A stretch of 64,000 bases of DNA. It comes from Candidatus Latescibacterota bacterium. Its GTDB lineage: Bacteria; Latescibacterota; UBA2968; UBA8231. The stretch spans positions 4,800,001-4,864,000 of the forward strand of contig OZ253462.1 of NCBI GenBank assembly GCA_965261395.1, in the 5' to 3' direction. This document shows, piece by piece, positions 47,033-56,929 of the stretch (position 1 is its first letter; each line of letters opens with the position of its first letter). Below the pieces are notes generated by a model. It saw only the letters and a program-made list of their open reading frames with translations. It did no database searches and had not been told where the DNA came from. The position numbers and the translations under genes are program-made.

Positions 47033-48514
47033 TCAGAACGTGGTCTCCTTGGTCGTTATGGGGCACCAGCGCGCCGCGGTCAAATGGTGCAGCAATACGT
47101 CTTGGGCCTGGGGCGTGCCAATCTGTTGCAGGGCGGCCGAGCTGTGCCCCTGGACGTAGCGATTCTCGTCGCTGAGGGCCTCAGCCAACGCTTCTGTGGC
47201 CGCTGCGGCCCCCGGGCCGAAGTGGGCCAGCGCATAGGCGGCGTTGAAGCGCACCTGCTCGTCCTCGTCGCCCAGCAGCGCGGCCAACGCGGGCACGGCC
47301 CCTTCTGGATGCAGTTCAATCGTCCCGAGGGCCTCGGCCACGTTGCACCGCACCCATGTGTCTGGGTCGTCGTGTAGCGCGCACAGGGCGGTCGCAGCCG
47401 CAGCACCCGCCCGCGGCCCCATGTCGCCCAGCGCGTACGCGGCAAAACCCCGCACGTGGGCGCGCTCGTCGCCAAGGGCCGCAACCAAGGCATCCACGGC
47501 CTCCTCTCCCACCGCACCGAGTGCATACGCCGCGTGTTCGCGCACGTGTTCGCGCTCGTCGTCGAGGGCTGCCATCAAAGGGCGTACCGCGGCCGCACCC
47601 ACTGCACCCAGCGCATACGCGGCATTGAGGCGCACTGGCTCGGCCTCGTCGCCCAGCGCGCCGAGCAGCGCGTCGAGCGCGGGAGCGGCTTTTTCCCCTA
47701 GCGCGCCGAGGGCGTCGGTCGCGGCAAGGCGTTGTTCTAATGTCCCTTGAAGAGACTCAATCAGTTGCTCGATTTGCCCGCTGGCCTCGGCGCGACTCGG
47801 GGTGCCCGCGTGCCAATCCCATATCCGCGACCACACAACTCGATGCTTGGTAGAGGGAGCGGAGCCGTTGGCCGGCCACTCCGGGACTTGGATGTTCCAA
47901 GTGGGCCGGCTCGGCTCGCTGAGGCGGGTAAATTGGAACTTCACCATGTAGCGGTTGGCCTCCGTGCTATTGGGCATGGCCCGGTGCCACAAGTCAAAAT
48001 GCACCAAGGTGCAGGTGCCAGCCTCGCCGCAGACGGGCAAGTGGCGCTCGTCCTTTTCGTCGGCTGCGCGGTCGTTGTAGTAATGCGTGCCGGGCATGAC
48101 CGCGGTGGGGCCGTTTTCCAAGGTGACGTCTTGTGGGTAGTAAAAAATCATCACCCAGCGATTGCGATGATAGCGCACCTTGCGATAGCCCCAATAGCTG
48201 TCCTTGTGCCAGCCACCACCCTGGCCGCCGGCCGGATTGATGTGGCAGTGGCGGTGGGCGTGCATGATGTAATCCGGCCCGACCACCGACGTGAGAGCAC
48301 CGCGCACGACCGGATCGTCAAAGACCTGTTGCAACGCCGGGATGCGAGGCAGAATATTGTTGCCGGGATTGCCCTCCTTGGCAAAAACATCTTCGGTGCG
48401 CTGGTAGATGTCTTGGTGGAGGGAGGCGGGCAGCGAGGATTTGAGCGTGAGATAGCCCTCGGCTATAAACTGCTGCATCTCCTCGTCGCCGAGGAGAAAC
48501 TGAGGGTCTAACAT
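47033..48514 (-). CDS. Phytanoyl-CoA dioxygenase (PhyH)-family Fe/2OG domain fused to HEAT repeats
   Basis: WHKD, GPTAVMPGTH and LWHRA motifs, then VRxxAAYALG repeats. Confidence 0.88.
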   Translation of the reverse strand: MLDPQFLLGDEEMQQFIAEGYLTLKSSLPASLHQDIYQRTEDVFAKEGNPGNNILPRIPALQQVFDDPVVRGALTSVVGPDYIMHAHRHCHINPAGGQGGGWHKDSYWGYRKVRYHRNRWVMIFYYPQDVTLENGPTAVMPGTHYYNDRAADEKDERHLPVCGEAGTCTLVHFDLWHRAMPNSTEANRYMVKFQFTRLSEPSRPTWNIQVPEWPANGSAPSTKHRVVWSRIWDWHAGTPSRAEASGQIEQLIESLQGTLEQRLAATDALGALGEKAAPALDALLGALGDEAEPVRLNAAYALGAVGAAAVRPLMAALDDEREHVREHAAYALGAVGEEAVDALVAALGDERAHVRGFAAYALGDMGPRAGAAAATALCALHDDPDTWVRCNVAEALGTIELHPEGAVPALAALLGDEDEQVRFNAAYALAHFGPGAAAATEALAEALSDENRYVQGHSSAALQQIGTPQAQDVLLHHLTAARWCPITTKETTF

Positions 48515-48590
48515 GAGAAGTCTCCTGAGATGATGGGAACAAGGGCGATTTTGGCCCAAAAAGTATCGTTGGAGGCCGGGTAGGGCAATC

Positions 48591-49181
48591 CTAAGATACG
48601 GGCCGCGCGGTCCCCCATTGGGACAGCTTATCCAACAGGTGGCGCAGGGCCGTCTCTGTAGTCATCTCGTCCATGTCCAGCGTCACATGGGCTTGGTCAA
48701 AGCCGCCTTGGCGCTCGGCCAACAGCGGCCGGAGTTGCGCCGTGCTTTCGGGCGGTTGCAGCAGCAGCGGATGCGGCCGCTGCGCCGCTTCTAAGGCTGG
48801 CTGGCGCAGCTTCCAATAGGTGCTGGCCAGCGACATTTTGAGATACACCAACGTCGCTTTGTCCAGTACCTGCTGGAGATTGCCCCCTTTGATCAGCGCC
48901 CCATCGCCCAAGACGACGATCCCGGGCGGACGAGTGGCCAATGCTTGGGCGAGAAAGCGGTCTTCTAATCCGCGTAGGGCCTCTATACCCTGCGTCTGCA
49001 CGAGAGCTACCAAGGACTGGCCGGCCTGGTGTTCGATCCAGCGATCCACTTCAATGAGGGGCAGACCACTCAAGGCGGCCAAGTCGCGGCCCAAGCTGTG
49101 TTGGTCAACGCCGAGGAAGCCGATGAGAGCAACCGGACGCTGTAGCAGGACCAGCGGGCCTGGTTCGTAGTAATTGGACAA
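48591..49181 (-). CDS. Shikimate kinase-like protein with degenerate P-loop
   Basis: IGFLGVDQHSLG, DRWIE...G and GxEALRxLE shikimate kinase pattern, but no GKS/T. Confidence 0.7.
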   Translation of the reverse strand: MSNYYEPGPLVLLQRPVALIGFLGVDQHSLGRDLAALSGLPLIEVDRWIEHQAGQSLVALVQTQGIEALRGLEDRFLAQALATRPPGIVVLGDGALIKGGNLQQVLDKATLVYLKMSLASTYWKLRQPALEAAQRPHPLLLQPPESTAQLRPLLAERQGGFDQAHVTLDMDEMTTETALRHLLDKLSQWGTARPVS

Positions 49182-49443
49182 GGCGTTCAGTCGCTTTCTG
49201 GATTGCAGGCGGTGGTGATATAGGCAAAGATGAACACGGGATTAACTCCTTGGTGCGAGCAAGCGACATGAGGCCCTTGGGCAATGACAATTTCACCGAA
49301 TCCTGCATTGACGTCAAAGACGAGGTATTTGTACGGCATTCTGGATGAGACGACGTCGTGCAAGTTCCGCCGTTTGCTGGAGAGGCCTCGTTTGACGGAT
49401 GGATTGTTCCGGCTTGGGAAGAGCTACTTACCCCGGGCAAAAG

Positions 49444-52143
49444 TCAATACGCCACCCCAACTAGGCGAGCAGCCGAGTTGTCATCCCTCGCGTCGTCATC
49501 CACCTTAATACGGGCAAGGTAAAGGCCCGGGGATACTAAATTCCCCCCTTCATCTCGTCCGTCCCAGACGAGGCGATACAGCCCGTTGGCCAGATCGCGC
49601 CGCTCAGATAGACGCCTCACTTTCCTGCCCGCCAAGTCGTAGAATTCCACCCACACTTGCCGGGCTACATTGACTTTGAGCACGGCAAACGAAAAGACAG
49701 CCGTGTCGTTGATGCCGTCGCCATTCGGGGTAAAAATGGCGGGATCCACCTCGATTATCCCGATCTGCCCGCCGTGGGCGGTCGTCAATACTGTCAGCCC
49801 CTCACCGGCGGCCAATTCGTCTCCTACCGGGTCCGCCGGATCCACCCTCTGCCAGTTGTCCGCTTGAGTCGAGCGCCCAACTTCGGCTGCAAAAGTGGCA
49901 CCGCTCAGGAAAACACGCGACGAAAAAGAGAGTCGCACAATGTCCGCACTGCCTCGCCGCAGTACCCTTGGCAAGCCGAGTTGGAGAGTGTCTCCTGCCA
50001 CTTTGGTCAATTCCAGTTTCTCCCCCTCTCCATTCTCAAAACGGCCTTTTGCCACTTCGGCAAATATTTCCTCGTTTCCGGCTGCAAATTCGCTTTCGTC
50101 TCCTAAGCTCACTTGGCGCAGTTCAATATTCGCTCGCGAAGGAGCTATGAGACGGATGCGGTCGAATCCCGGGTCTCGAGCGGTGAAGGAGGGGCGTATG
50201 AAGAGATCGAAATCGGTGAGTTCGCCGATGGGGACATTTCGCTTGGGCTCTATTTCCCCGGCGATGCGCTCTGCCAGCGGCGCTGTGAAGTGGACTTGGA
50301 TAGACTGCAAGCTGGCGGCCACGGCCGCGTCTCCACTGAGCAGTCTCGTCTGGATCATCATATAGCGCCGGGGGCTGGGGGAACGTATGACTTCGCCCGG
50401 CTCGATATAGACTTGGCTCCAGTTGCTCCAGCCCGGTCCCGGCAGGAACTCGGTAATGATATCCCCCCTGTAGAAGGACGGCTGATCCTCGTATTCTTCT
50501 TTGTTGGCTACTTCCGTGCCGTCTTTTTTGAAATAGCGGTTTACTTCGCGCAGATCGTTTCCCGTGCGAGTGCGGATTTCCACCGCTGTGCCGGAGGGGG
50601 TGTTCGCTTCCCATTCGATGGTAGTCAGCGTCTTGGAACTCTCCAGATCGATGAGGTCAGAAGTCATCTCGAGAAGCGGCAGATGCCCGTTGGCGAAGAC
50701 TTGGATTTCGGTCACCGTGCTCAGTATCCGATGCCCTTCATGGGCCCTAGTGCGGCGGGCAATATCTAGGTTGCGGAATTCTATAAAGCGTATCGGGCGC
50801 GGCGCAAAGCGATCCTCAAACAACCGCGTATTCTGGTTTAGCTGCCGCGTCTCACCACTCAATTCCTCCCAGATTAAACTGCCATCCGGCGCCAGCGAGC
50901 CGTCCGAACCACGCAATAGATAACCAATCAGGTTTCTTCCTCCGACGCGGGTAATGATGCGCACCGCATGGACCAGGAAGTAGGTGCCCAGATCTACGTT
51001 CAACAGACCCCACTCGGCGGTCTCCCCGGTGGGAAAGTAAACCATGCCCTGCCACTCGGTGCGCACGTTGCCGTCAACGGCAAGTTCGGGCGAAGAATTG
51101 GGATTGACATCGTGCAAATTACCGCCGCGCTCTACGATCCCCAAGGCAATGTTCTCGCCTATAGTCCATACCTCCACCTCGGCGAGTTGAGGCCGTTCGC
51201 GGCGGTAATAGCGCACCCCGCCCTGCTGCTCAAGTGGCAACTGGTCGTAGCGCTCGGCCGTTACTAGACGCTCTTCACCGGCAATTTTCCAGACGTATTC
51301 CACAGCGCCTTGGTTCTCTGCTGTCAACGCCTGATAATCCTCGGCCGAGAGCTGTTGCGCCCGCTCGCCATTGGTGGCCGTGGCCGCGACGCGCAGGTAC
51401 TGCATAATGCGGCCGCTCCACTCCTCTGTATGGGTGCCCAGCGGTGCGAGATCAAACTCAAAGACCCGCTGGTCGCGATTGGGCTGAGTGGTACTGCCAA
51501 CCAAGGTATAGTCCAAGGCACCGCTGCGGTCAGCCGTGCCAAAGGGGTTTTGCCCCCCTGCCGAATGCACCCTGAATTGCAGGAACGGGTCCCCTTCTTC
51601 GGCAAAGCGCACGACGACCTTGGTGGCCGACACCAGACGGCCAAGATCAATCTCCAACACCCAGTCCCGCAGGGGATCGGCCGGGTCCGGCTCCCAAGCT
51701 GTAGCCGGATTTGCGTCAATGGCCCGCTCCGCTAGCTGCGGATTTGAACCGGCCCTTTTGATCCCTCCGTGCGCCAGCAGAGTGTTGTTTTCATCTTGGA
51801 ACGAATTGGCGTACTGATCTCGCAAGCTGCCATCAATGGGATAGCTAAAGTCGGCCACATTCAATATGGCGTTGTGCGGTACTTGTACAAATCTGGACTG
51901 CATCGAGCCAGACGGCGTTATGGTCACCATATCTCCCGGAAAATCCCAGGCCTGCCAGTGCGCCTGAGTCCGCACCTCTACCCGATCCGCGCCCAAACTG
52001 TAACCCCTCGACTGGGCCCATACCCCATTTAGAGCCATAGAAAAAAAAAGGGCTACAAAACAGAGCGCCGGGGACAAAAGACCCGATCTCCTCGCGGCCG
52101 TCTCCGAAATCATCGAGTACTGCGTAGGTAAGCGGTGTTCCAT
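49444..52143 (-). CDS. Family A FlgD-tail secreted protein, long form with two discoidin-like modules
   Basis: 899 aa; two (I/V)DLG...EVEV/EIQV modules; FTPNGDGIND...WDGRDEGGNLVSPGLY; ends VAY. Confidence 0.85.
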   Translation of the reverse strand: MEHRLPTQYSMISETAARRSGLLSPALCFVALFFSMALNGVWAQSRGYSLGADRVEVRTQAHWQAWDFPGDMVTITPSGSMQSRFVQVPHNAILNVADFSYPIDGSLRDQYANSFQDENNTLLAHGGIKRAGSNPQLAERAIDANPATAWEPDPADPLRDWVLEIDLGRLVSATKVVVRFAEEGDPFLQFRVHSAGGQNPFGTADRSGALDYTLVGSTTQPNRDQRVFEFDLAPLGTHTEEWSGRIMQYLRVAATATNGERAQQLSAEDYQALTAENQGAVEYVWKIAGEERLVTAERYDQLPLEQQGGVRYYRRERPQLAEVEVWTIGENIALGIVERGGNLHDVNPNSSPELAVDGNVRTEWQGMVYFPTGETAEWGLLNVDLGTYFLVHAVRIITRVGGRNLIGYLLRGSDGSLAPDGSLIWEELSGETRQLNQNTRLFEDRFAPRPIRFIEFRNLDIARRTRAHEGHRILSTVTEIQVFANGHLPLLEMTSDLIDLESSKTLTTIEWEANTPSGTAVEIRTRTGNDLREVNRYFKKDGTEVANKEEYEDQPSFYRGDIITEFLPGPGWSNWSQVYIEPGEVIRSPSPRRYMMIQTRLLSGDAAVAASLQSIQVHFTAPLAERIAGEIEPKRNVPIGELTDFDLFIRPSFTARDPGFDRIRLIAPSRANIELRQVSLGDESEFAAGNEEIFAEVAKGRFENGEGEKLELTKVAGDTLQLGLPRVLRRGSADIVRLSFSSRVFLSGATFAAEVGRSTQADNWQRVDPADPVGDELAAGEGLTVLTTAHGGQIGIIEVDPAIFTPNGDGINDTAVFSFAVLKVNVARQVWVEFYDLAGRKVRRLSERRDLANGLYRLVWDGRDEGGNLVSPGLYLARIKVDDDARDDNSAARLVGVAY

Positions 52144-52177
52144 AACCTATTGTCCCGGATAAAACGTACCTACGTAT

Positions 52178-53914
52178 CTATTCGCCCTTGGTCGGGGCTT
52201 CCCCTGCGTGGCGCTGCAGGAACGCATCGGGTAGGGCCGCCGCCAACGCGCTATCAGATACGGCGATCCGCTCTTTGTACTTGTCCAGCAGGTCATCTAT
52301 CAAGTCCTCGAAAAGTTGCTCTCGCTTCTGTCCACGCACCAAGGCCCGCGCCTTTTTCTCGACTTGAAAAAAGGGAGACAATTCTCCCCCCTGGCGGTTG
52401 AGAACTTTGAAAATGCTGTATCCGCCGGCAACAGGCTCCGGGCCGGTAATTTTGTCGAGGTCGGCCGCCTTTACTGCTTTGAAGAGCCGCGGCAGGGTCA
52501 AACGCTCGTACTCGCCCAAATGCAACAAGCCATCTTCTTTTTTTATACCAGGGCGGATGGTGTGCTTTTGGGCGAGCATTCCGAGGGTCGCACCTTGTGC
52601 GATGGCTCGCAGCAAACCAGCGGCTTCCACCTCGGTCTCGACCAGCACTTCAACGACAATGTACTGAGCCGGTTCCCTGAACAACTCCTCATTGTCATCG
52701 TAAAAATCCCTGGCTTCCTCCTCGCTCGCCTCGGATTGGTCAATGACCTCTTCCTGGCGTAGTTGTTTGATCATGAATTCCGTGCGTATTTCCGCCAACC
52801 GCTGTTGTCCATCCGCCATCTCCTCCAACCCAGCCCGCTGCGCCGCCTCTGCCAACAAAGCCGGCATCAAAACCAGTTCCCGCGCTGTATCAACCACCTC
52901 GGCACTGTCCCGTACCCCCCAGCCGGACAGGGCCCGCATATCCTTCCACAGGGCATTGAGGTAATCTCCCAGAGCGATCTGCCCCCCATCATAGGTAAAG
53001 AGGGACTGGCCCACCTCCTCGTCGGTCAGATGAGCGAGTCGCACCCGGGTGTGGAGTGCCGCTTTATCCAATAGAATATCTAATCCCTCTGGCACTAGCT
53101 GCACGTCTAGCTTGCGGGCGAGGGTCGCGATCTCCGCTCTCTCCTGCTCTAGTCGCTTGCGTTCGTAGAGTATATCGCGAATCTGCTGTCGTTTCTCTGC
53201 TAGCGGAACGGGCTGGTGCTGGAGAAAACGCACGATTTGGTAGCGCGTGCCCATGGGTAGGATCGGGGATAGCTGTCCACTCGGCAGACTGCGAAACACC
53301 TCGTCTGGAATCTGCAACCTGCGGGCCTGCTCCAGATCGATAAATCCCAGTATGCCTCCCTGGGAAGCCGACCGTTCGTCTATGGTATATTCGGCGGCCA
53401 GTTGGGCAAAATCCTCGCCCGCTTCGAGTTGCTCATAGATTTGCTTTGCAGTGCTGTCCTCTTCCACCAGAATGCCCGCCATCTGACGCTTGCGGTCTAG
53501 GCCACTGTGGGCGAAATAAGCGCGTACCTCCTCCTCAGAAACCGGCACATTGGGGGCCAGTGCGAGTTGGCGATAGGTGTCGACCAAGTGCTGGCGCCAG
53601 TAGTGCATCACCTTAGTCTGTACCACCTGGGCGGTATCCAATCCTCGCTCTTTGGCCTCCAGTATGAGCAAGTACTTGGCCAGCATGCTGCGCAGGTAGC
53701 GCTTCCGCGCTGGGTCGCCCTGTCCCTGAAGGCGCAAGGACTGGGGCATCTGGACGACGAAATCGCGCATCTCGACAGCCGAGATGGAAATGGAATCAAT
53801 GCGCGCCACCACACCGGGTTCAAGGACGACCTCCACACCCGGAGAACACGCCGTGAGACTCCACATGAGTGCCAGCTCGCATCCTCGCCAAGTCCATGGT
53901 TTTCTGTGTCCCAT
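52178..53914 (-). CDS. Parvulin-type peptidyl-prolyl isomerase with two PpiC domains (SurA/PrsA-like), probable lipoprotein
   Basis: LTAC lipobox; GEDFAQLAAEYT...GGILG and a second LGMLAQKHT...GLLHLG domain. Confidence 0.85.
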   Translation of the reverse strand: MGHRKPWTWRGCELALMWSLTACSPGVEVVLEPGVVARIDSISISAVEMRDFVVQMPQSLRLQGQGDPARKRYLRSMLAKYLLILEAKERGLDTAQVVQTKVMHYWRQHLVDTYRQLALAPNVPVSEEEVRAYFAHSGLDRKRQMAGILVEEDSTAKQIYEQLEAGEDFAQLAAEYTIDERSASQGGILGFIDLEQARRLQIPDEVFRSLPSGQLSPILPMGTRYQIVRFLQHQPVPLAEKRQQIRDILYERKRLEQERAEIATLARKLDVQLVPEGLDILLDKAALHTRVRLAHLTDEEVGQSLFTYDGGQIALGDYLNALWKDMRALSGWGVRDSAEVVDTARELVLMPALLAEAAQRAGLEEMADGQQRLAEIRTEFMIKQLRQEEVIDQSEASEEEARDFYDDNEELFREPAQYIVVEVLVETEVEAAGLLRAIAQGATLGMLAQKHTIRPGIKKEDGLLHLGEYERLTLPRLFKAVKAADLDKITGPEPVAGGYSIFKVLNRQGGELSPFFQVEKKARALVRGQKREQLFEDLIDDLLDKYKERIAVSDSALAAALPDAFLQRHAGEAPTKGE

Positions 53915-53922
53915 GTCTTCTA

Positions 53923-55800
53923 TCAGTACACTAGAGCGATAGGCCCTAGTCGCTCCTCCTGACCACTGCCCGCTTCTACCACGACGCGGTAAATGTATAG
54001 TCCTGGGGCTACCAATTCGCCTTGGTCATCCCGACCGTCCCAAGTAGCTTGATAAAGCGCGCTACCCCCCTCCTCGCCGCCCAAGGTGCGCACTCGGTTT
54101 CCCGCCAGCGTGTAGATTTCCGTCGCAAGGGGCACGACATCGGTCAGACGCAGTAACGTATAGGAGAACTGCACTTGGTCGTTGACGCCATCTCCATTGG
54201 GTGAGAACGGGTTGGGAACCACCTGCACGGCACTGAGCAGACTGCCCTTGAGCGGCGTGCGGACGTTCAAGGCATCGCTCAACAACTCGCTCATAGCATC
54301 TCCGGGAATCACGCTCTGGGATACTTCGTCGCGGTCCGCATCCGACACTGCGCCGCTGAAAGTCGTTCCATAGTTGAAGACTCGGGCGTCGAAATCGACT
54401 TCTAGCAGCGTCTGATCTTGGTCGATGCGATCAAATTGGACGGCGAACTGGTGGGGATCTGCCGGATCGAAACTCGGGGTAAAATCGACCTCTTCGCGGT
54501 CGATACGCACCTCGTGGATGGCCTCCAGACGAGCGGGCGTACGCACCTCGAGAACATTGAAACCCGATTGCTCTGCCTCTAGTCGAGTCCGCACCGCATA
54601 AGTGAACCGAACCGGGTCGGGTGACTCGACAAAAGGAGGGGAAATCTCGCCAATCGCCTCGGAGACTACAGGTGGTTGGGAAAATTCAAAAAACAGCGAG
54701 TCGATCTGTCCCCCCTCCAATCTGGCAGAAAAAAAAGCGATGTGTAACTGCACATACTGCCGGGGACTGGGAGAGCGGATCTGGCTGCCGGCGAGTCCGT
54801 CCGCATATTCATAGGTGTGCCATACGCTCCAATTTTCCAGATCCTGGGTAATGCGCCCCCGCACGTTCTGGGGCATGGCCCCATACGCTTGGCGGCTCAT
54901 GGGCCGACCATTGGCTCCGAATGGCACTTGCTCTCCGCCCACCCCGGTCTTGCGCCAGTAGACCTCGGGCTGGTCATCGCTACCGCTGCGGCTCTGGATG
55001 ACTATTTTCGCTCCTGTATCAAGTTGGCCGCTCCACCAAATGCGTCCCAAACTGGATGCTCGTCCCAGATCAATCGGATCGGACAGAAATGAGGCTTGGG
55101 GAACGAACCCCTGACCGTACACCTCGAACTCGGCCACTTCCCAGGTCTCCCCCACTTCCAAGGGATGGAGATAGACGTGGCGTGCTATCTGGGGTTCGAT
55201 ATCCAGTTCTACTATTGGGATCAAGTTGTCCTTCTCTTCGTGAACCAAGGTCCAGATAAGATTTCCTTTTTCGTTTTTGCTCTCTTCCCTGCCGTCGTTG
55301 ATAGAAAGCCTAAACTGGCGGATCTTGTGCCCTGGATGATCGGCGCGGGTTGCAAAGCGGATCCCTTCGATGGGGAATGGTGCCCCCAGATCGAAGAACA
55401 TCGGCGTAGTATAGAAGAACCCAGGGCCGCTGAAGAAGTTGATGCGCGGCGGATGCACAAAGGCCGTATTCGAATCGCCATCTACTACCAACACGCGGTC
55501 TTCTAGCCAATTGGCCGGTAGGGTGTAAATGCTCACCAAGCTGGTAATGTCGCCATTTCGCTCGCCCATCGAGGCAATCAGGTTCTCGCCACTTGCGGCG
55601 CTGAATGGGCGGATGGCACCCGGCACTTTTGCCACATCGATGAAACTCAGGGTGCCGCTTTCACTCCAAGGGTTTCCAACGTGGCCCCCCAATTGGTAAA
55701 ATTGGCGCGCCTCGGCCCGATAGCCCACTCCCATCCCCAACACTGTCAGGACTAGAATCAGTACCTGTCTCACCCAGTGCCTCCTTTGCTTGGTCGCCAA
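53923..55800 (-). CDS. Family A FlgD-tail secreted protein
   Basis: 625 aa; FSPNGDGVND...WDGRDDQGELVAPGLY; ends LVY. Confidence 0.85.
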   Translation of the reverse strand: MATKQRRHWVRQVLILVLTVLGMGVGYRAEARQFYQLGGHVGNPWSESGTLSFIDVAKVPGAIRPFSAASGENLIASMGERNGDITSLVSIYTLPANWLEDRVLVVDGDSNTAFVHPPRINFFSGPGFFYTTPMFFDLGAPFPIEGIRFATRADHPGHKIRQFRLSINDGREESKNEKGNLIWTLVHEEKDNLIPIVELDIEPQIARHVYLHPLEVGETWEVAEFEVYGQGFVPQASFLSDPIDLGRASSLGRIWWSGQLDTGAKIVIQSRSGSDDQPEVYWRKTGVGGEQVPFGANGRPMSRQAYGAMPQNVRGRITQDLENWSVWHTYEYADGLAGSQIRSPSPRQYVQLHIAFFSARLEGGQIDSLFFEFSQPPVVSEAIGEISPPFVESPDPVRFTYAVRTRLEAEQSGFNVLEVRTPARLEAIHEVRIDREEVDFTPSFDPADPHQFAVQFDRIDQDQTLLEVDFDARVFNYGTTFSGAVSDADRDEVSQSVIPGDAMSELLSDALNVRTPLKGSLLSAVQVVPNPFSPNGDGVNDQVQFSYTLLRLTDVVPLATEIYTLAGNRVRTLGGEEGGSALYQATWDGRDDQGELVAPGLYIYRVVVEAGSGQEERLGPIALVY

Positions 55801-55810
55801 CTAAGAGAAC

Positions 55811-55842
55811 GGCGGGATTTACAGTCGCCCGTAAATCCCGCC
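55811..55842 (-). terminator. Perfect 12-bp stem-loop (weak terminator or mRNA-stabilising hairpin)
   Basis: GGCGGGATTTAC-N8-GTAAATCCCGCC; only a weak U tract on the minus strand. Confidence 0.6.
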
Positions 55843-55890
55843 TGAAACTATCCTGCAACGTCTATGGTACAGGCAGTCGAGTCGGCCTTA

Positions 55891-56763
55891 TTAGAAGGTG
55901 GACTTGATCTGGCCCCAAGTGCTGGCCTCGACTGCGGTAGCTCCGGCATCGGGTAGCCCCTCTTCGATGGGTGCCAACAGATAGTCGCCGAACTGGTCGG
56001 CATCCCTAGAAGCACCTACGCCACCGAAACCAGACCAATAGGCATCGTCGTAGGAGCCGGGATCGGCATCCTTGTCGCCCCAGTTGACCTCTATACCGAC
56101 AACTGTGCCTTCGACCCAATTGTGTTGAACACTCTGGTCGGCACCGTCGGGATGGATGTCGTCAAAGGGCACAATGGAGTATTCGCCGAACATTTCGGCT
56201 GGCTCTTGGGTATTGACGTCGCCACGGAGAAACTTGCCGGCCCACTCCACGTAAGGGGCTTGGCCCGCCCAAGCTTTGGAGCCATCGATAATCCGGGTAT
56301 AATAACCAGAAGAGCTGAAAATTGGGCCGGCCAGATCGTAGCGTTGGGCTTGGGCACTGGCCCAGCGGGTTTCGAAATCATCCCCCTGGTCGAAGTTGCG
56401 AAAGATGCCGCCGGAGTGGTCCCAATCTGTAGTCGTGGACCACTTCTCGGTGTCGTTGATGAAGTCGTCGGCAATCCAAGCTGCAAAATAGGCCTTGCCG
56501 TTGTTGATGTTGTAGGCCCAAATGAGCGAGGCATTGAAATCGCTCAAATCCATGGGTGCGCCGAACTGGTTGAACATGGTTTCGGCTTTGAGCTTGTACA
56601 CATCGCTGACAATGTCCCAGTCCGACATATCGCCGTCCAGCACTGGCGCCAGGTGATCTGGGAACTGGAACATGAACCTCATCTCCCCTTGGTGGCCAAA
56701 AGCCGAGCCGACCATGAGGGCCGAGACCAGTAAAGCAATTGATATCTTATTGATTCTCTTCAT
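55891..56763 (-). CDS. Secreted protein, possible CBM9-like fold, with C-terminal TAVEASTWGQIK tail
   Basis: 290 aa; signal peptide; PVLDGDMSDW; acidic; ends ATAVEASTWGQIKSTF. Confidence 0.8.
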   Translation of the reverse strand: MKRINKISIALLVSALMVGSAFGHQGEMRFMFQFPDHLAPVLDGDMSDWDIVSDVYKLKAETMFNQFGAPMDLSDFNASLIWAYNINNGKAYFAAWIADDFINDTEKWSTTTDWDHSGGIFRNFDQGDDFETRWASAQAQRYDLAGPIFSSSGYYTRIIDGSKAWAGQAPYVEWAGKFLRGDVNTQEPAEMFGEYSIVPFDDIHPDGADQSVQHNWVEGTVVGIEVNWGDKDADPGSYDDAYWSGFGGVGASRDADQFGDYLLAPIEEGLPDAGATAVEASTWGQIKSTF

Positions 56764-56929
56764 TGCAATACCTCTTTTTCAGTTAGTGAGTGAGTTCATT
56801 GTGCCTCTTGCTACCCCAATAGGGGCTGAAACGACGACTGTTTCTCTCTCCTCCTTTCGGCTGCCAACAGATCGCCATGTTATATCGCTGCAATCTCAAC
56901 CTGATTCAACTTTGCGAAGATCAAACCCA

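Noticed and set aside
49182-49443. Small ORFs or gene remnant between the family A gene and the kinase-like gene
   Set aside because: No recognisable motif in the frames I read.
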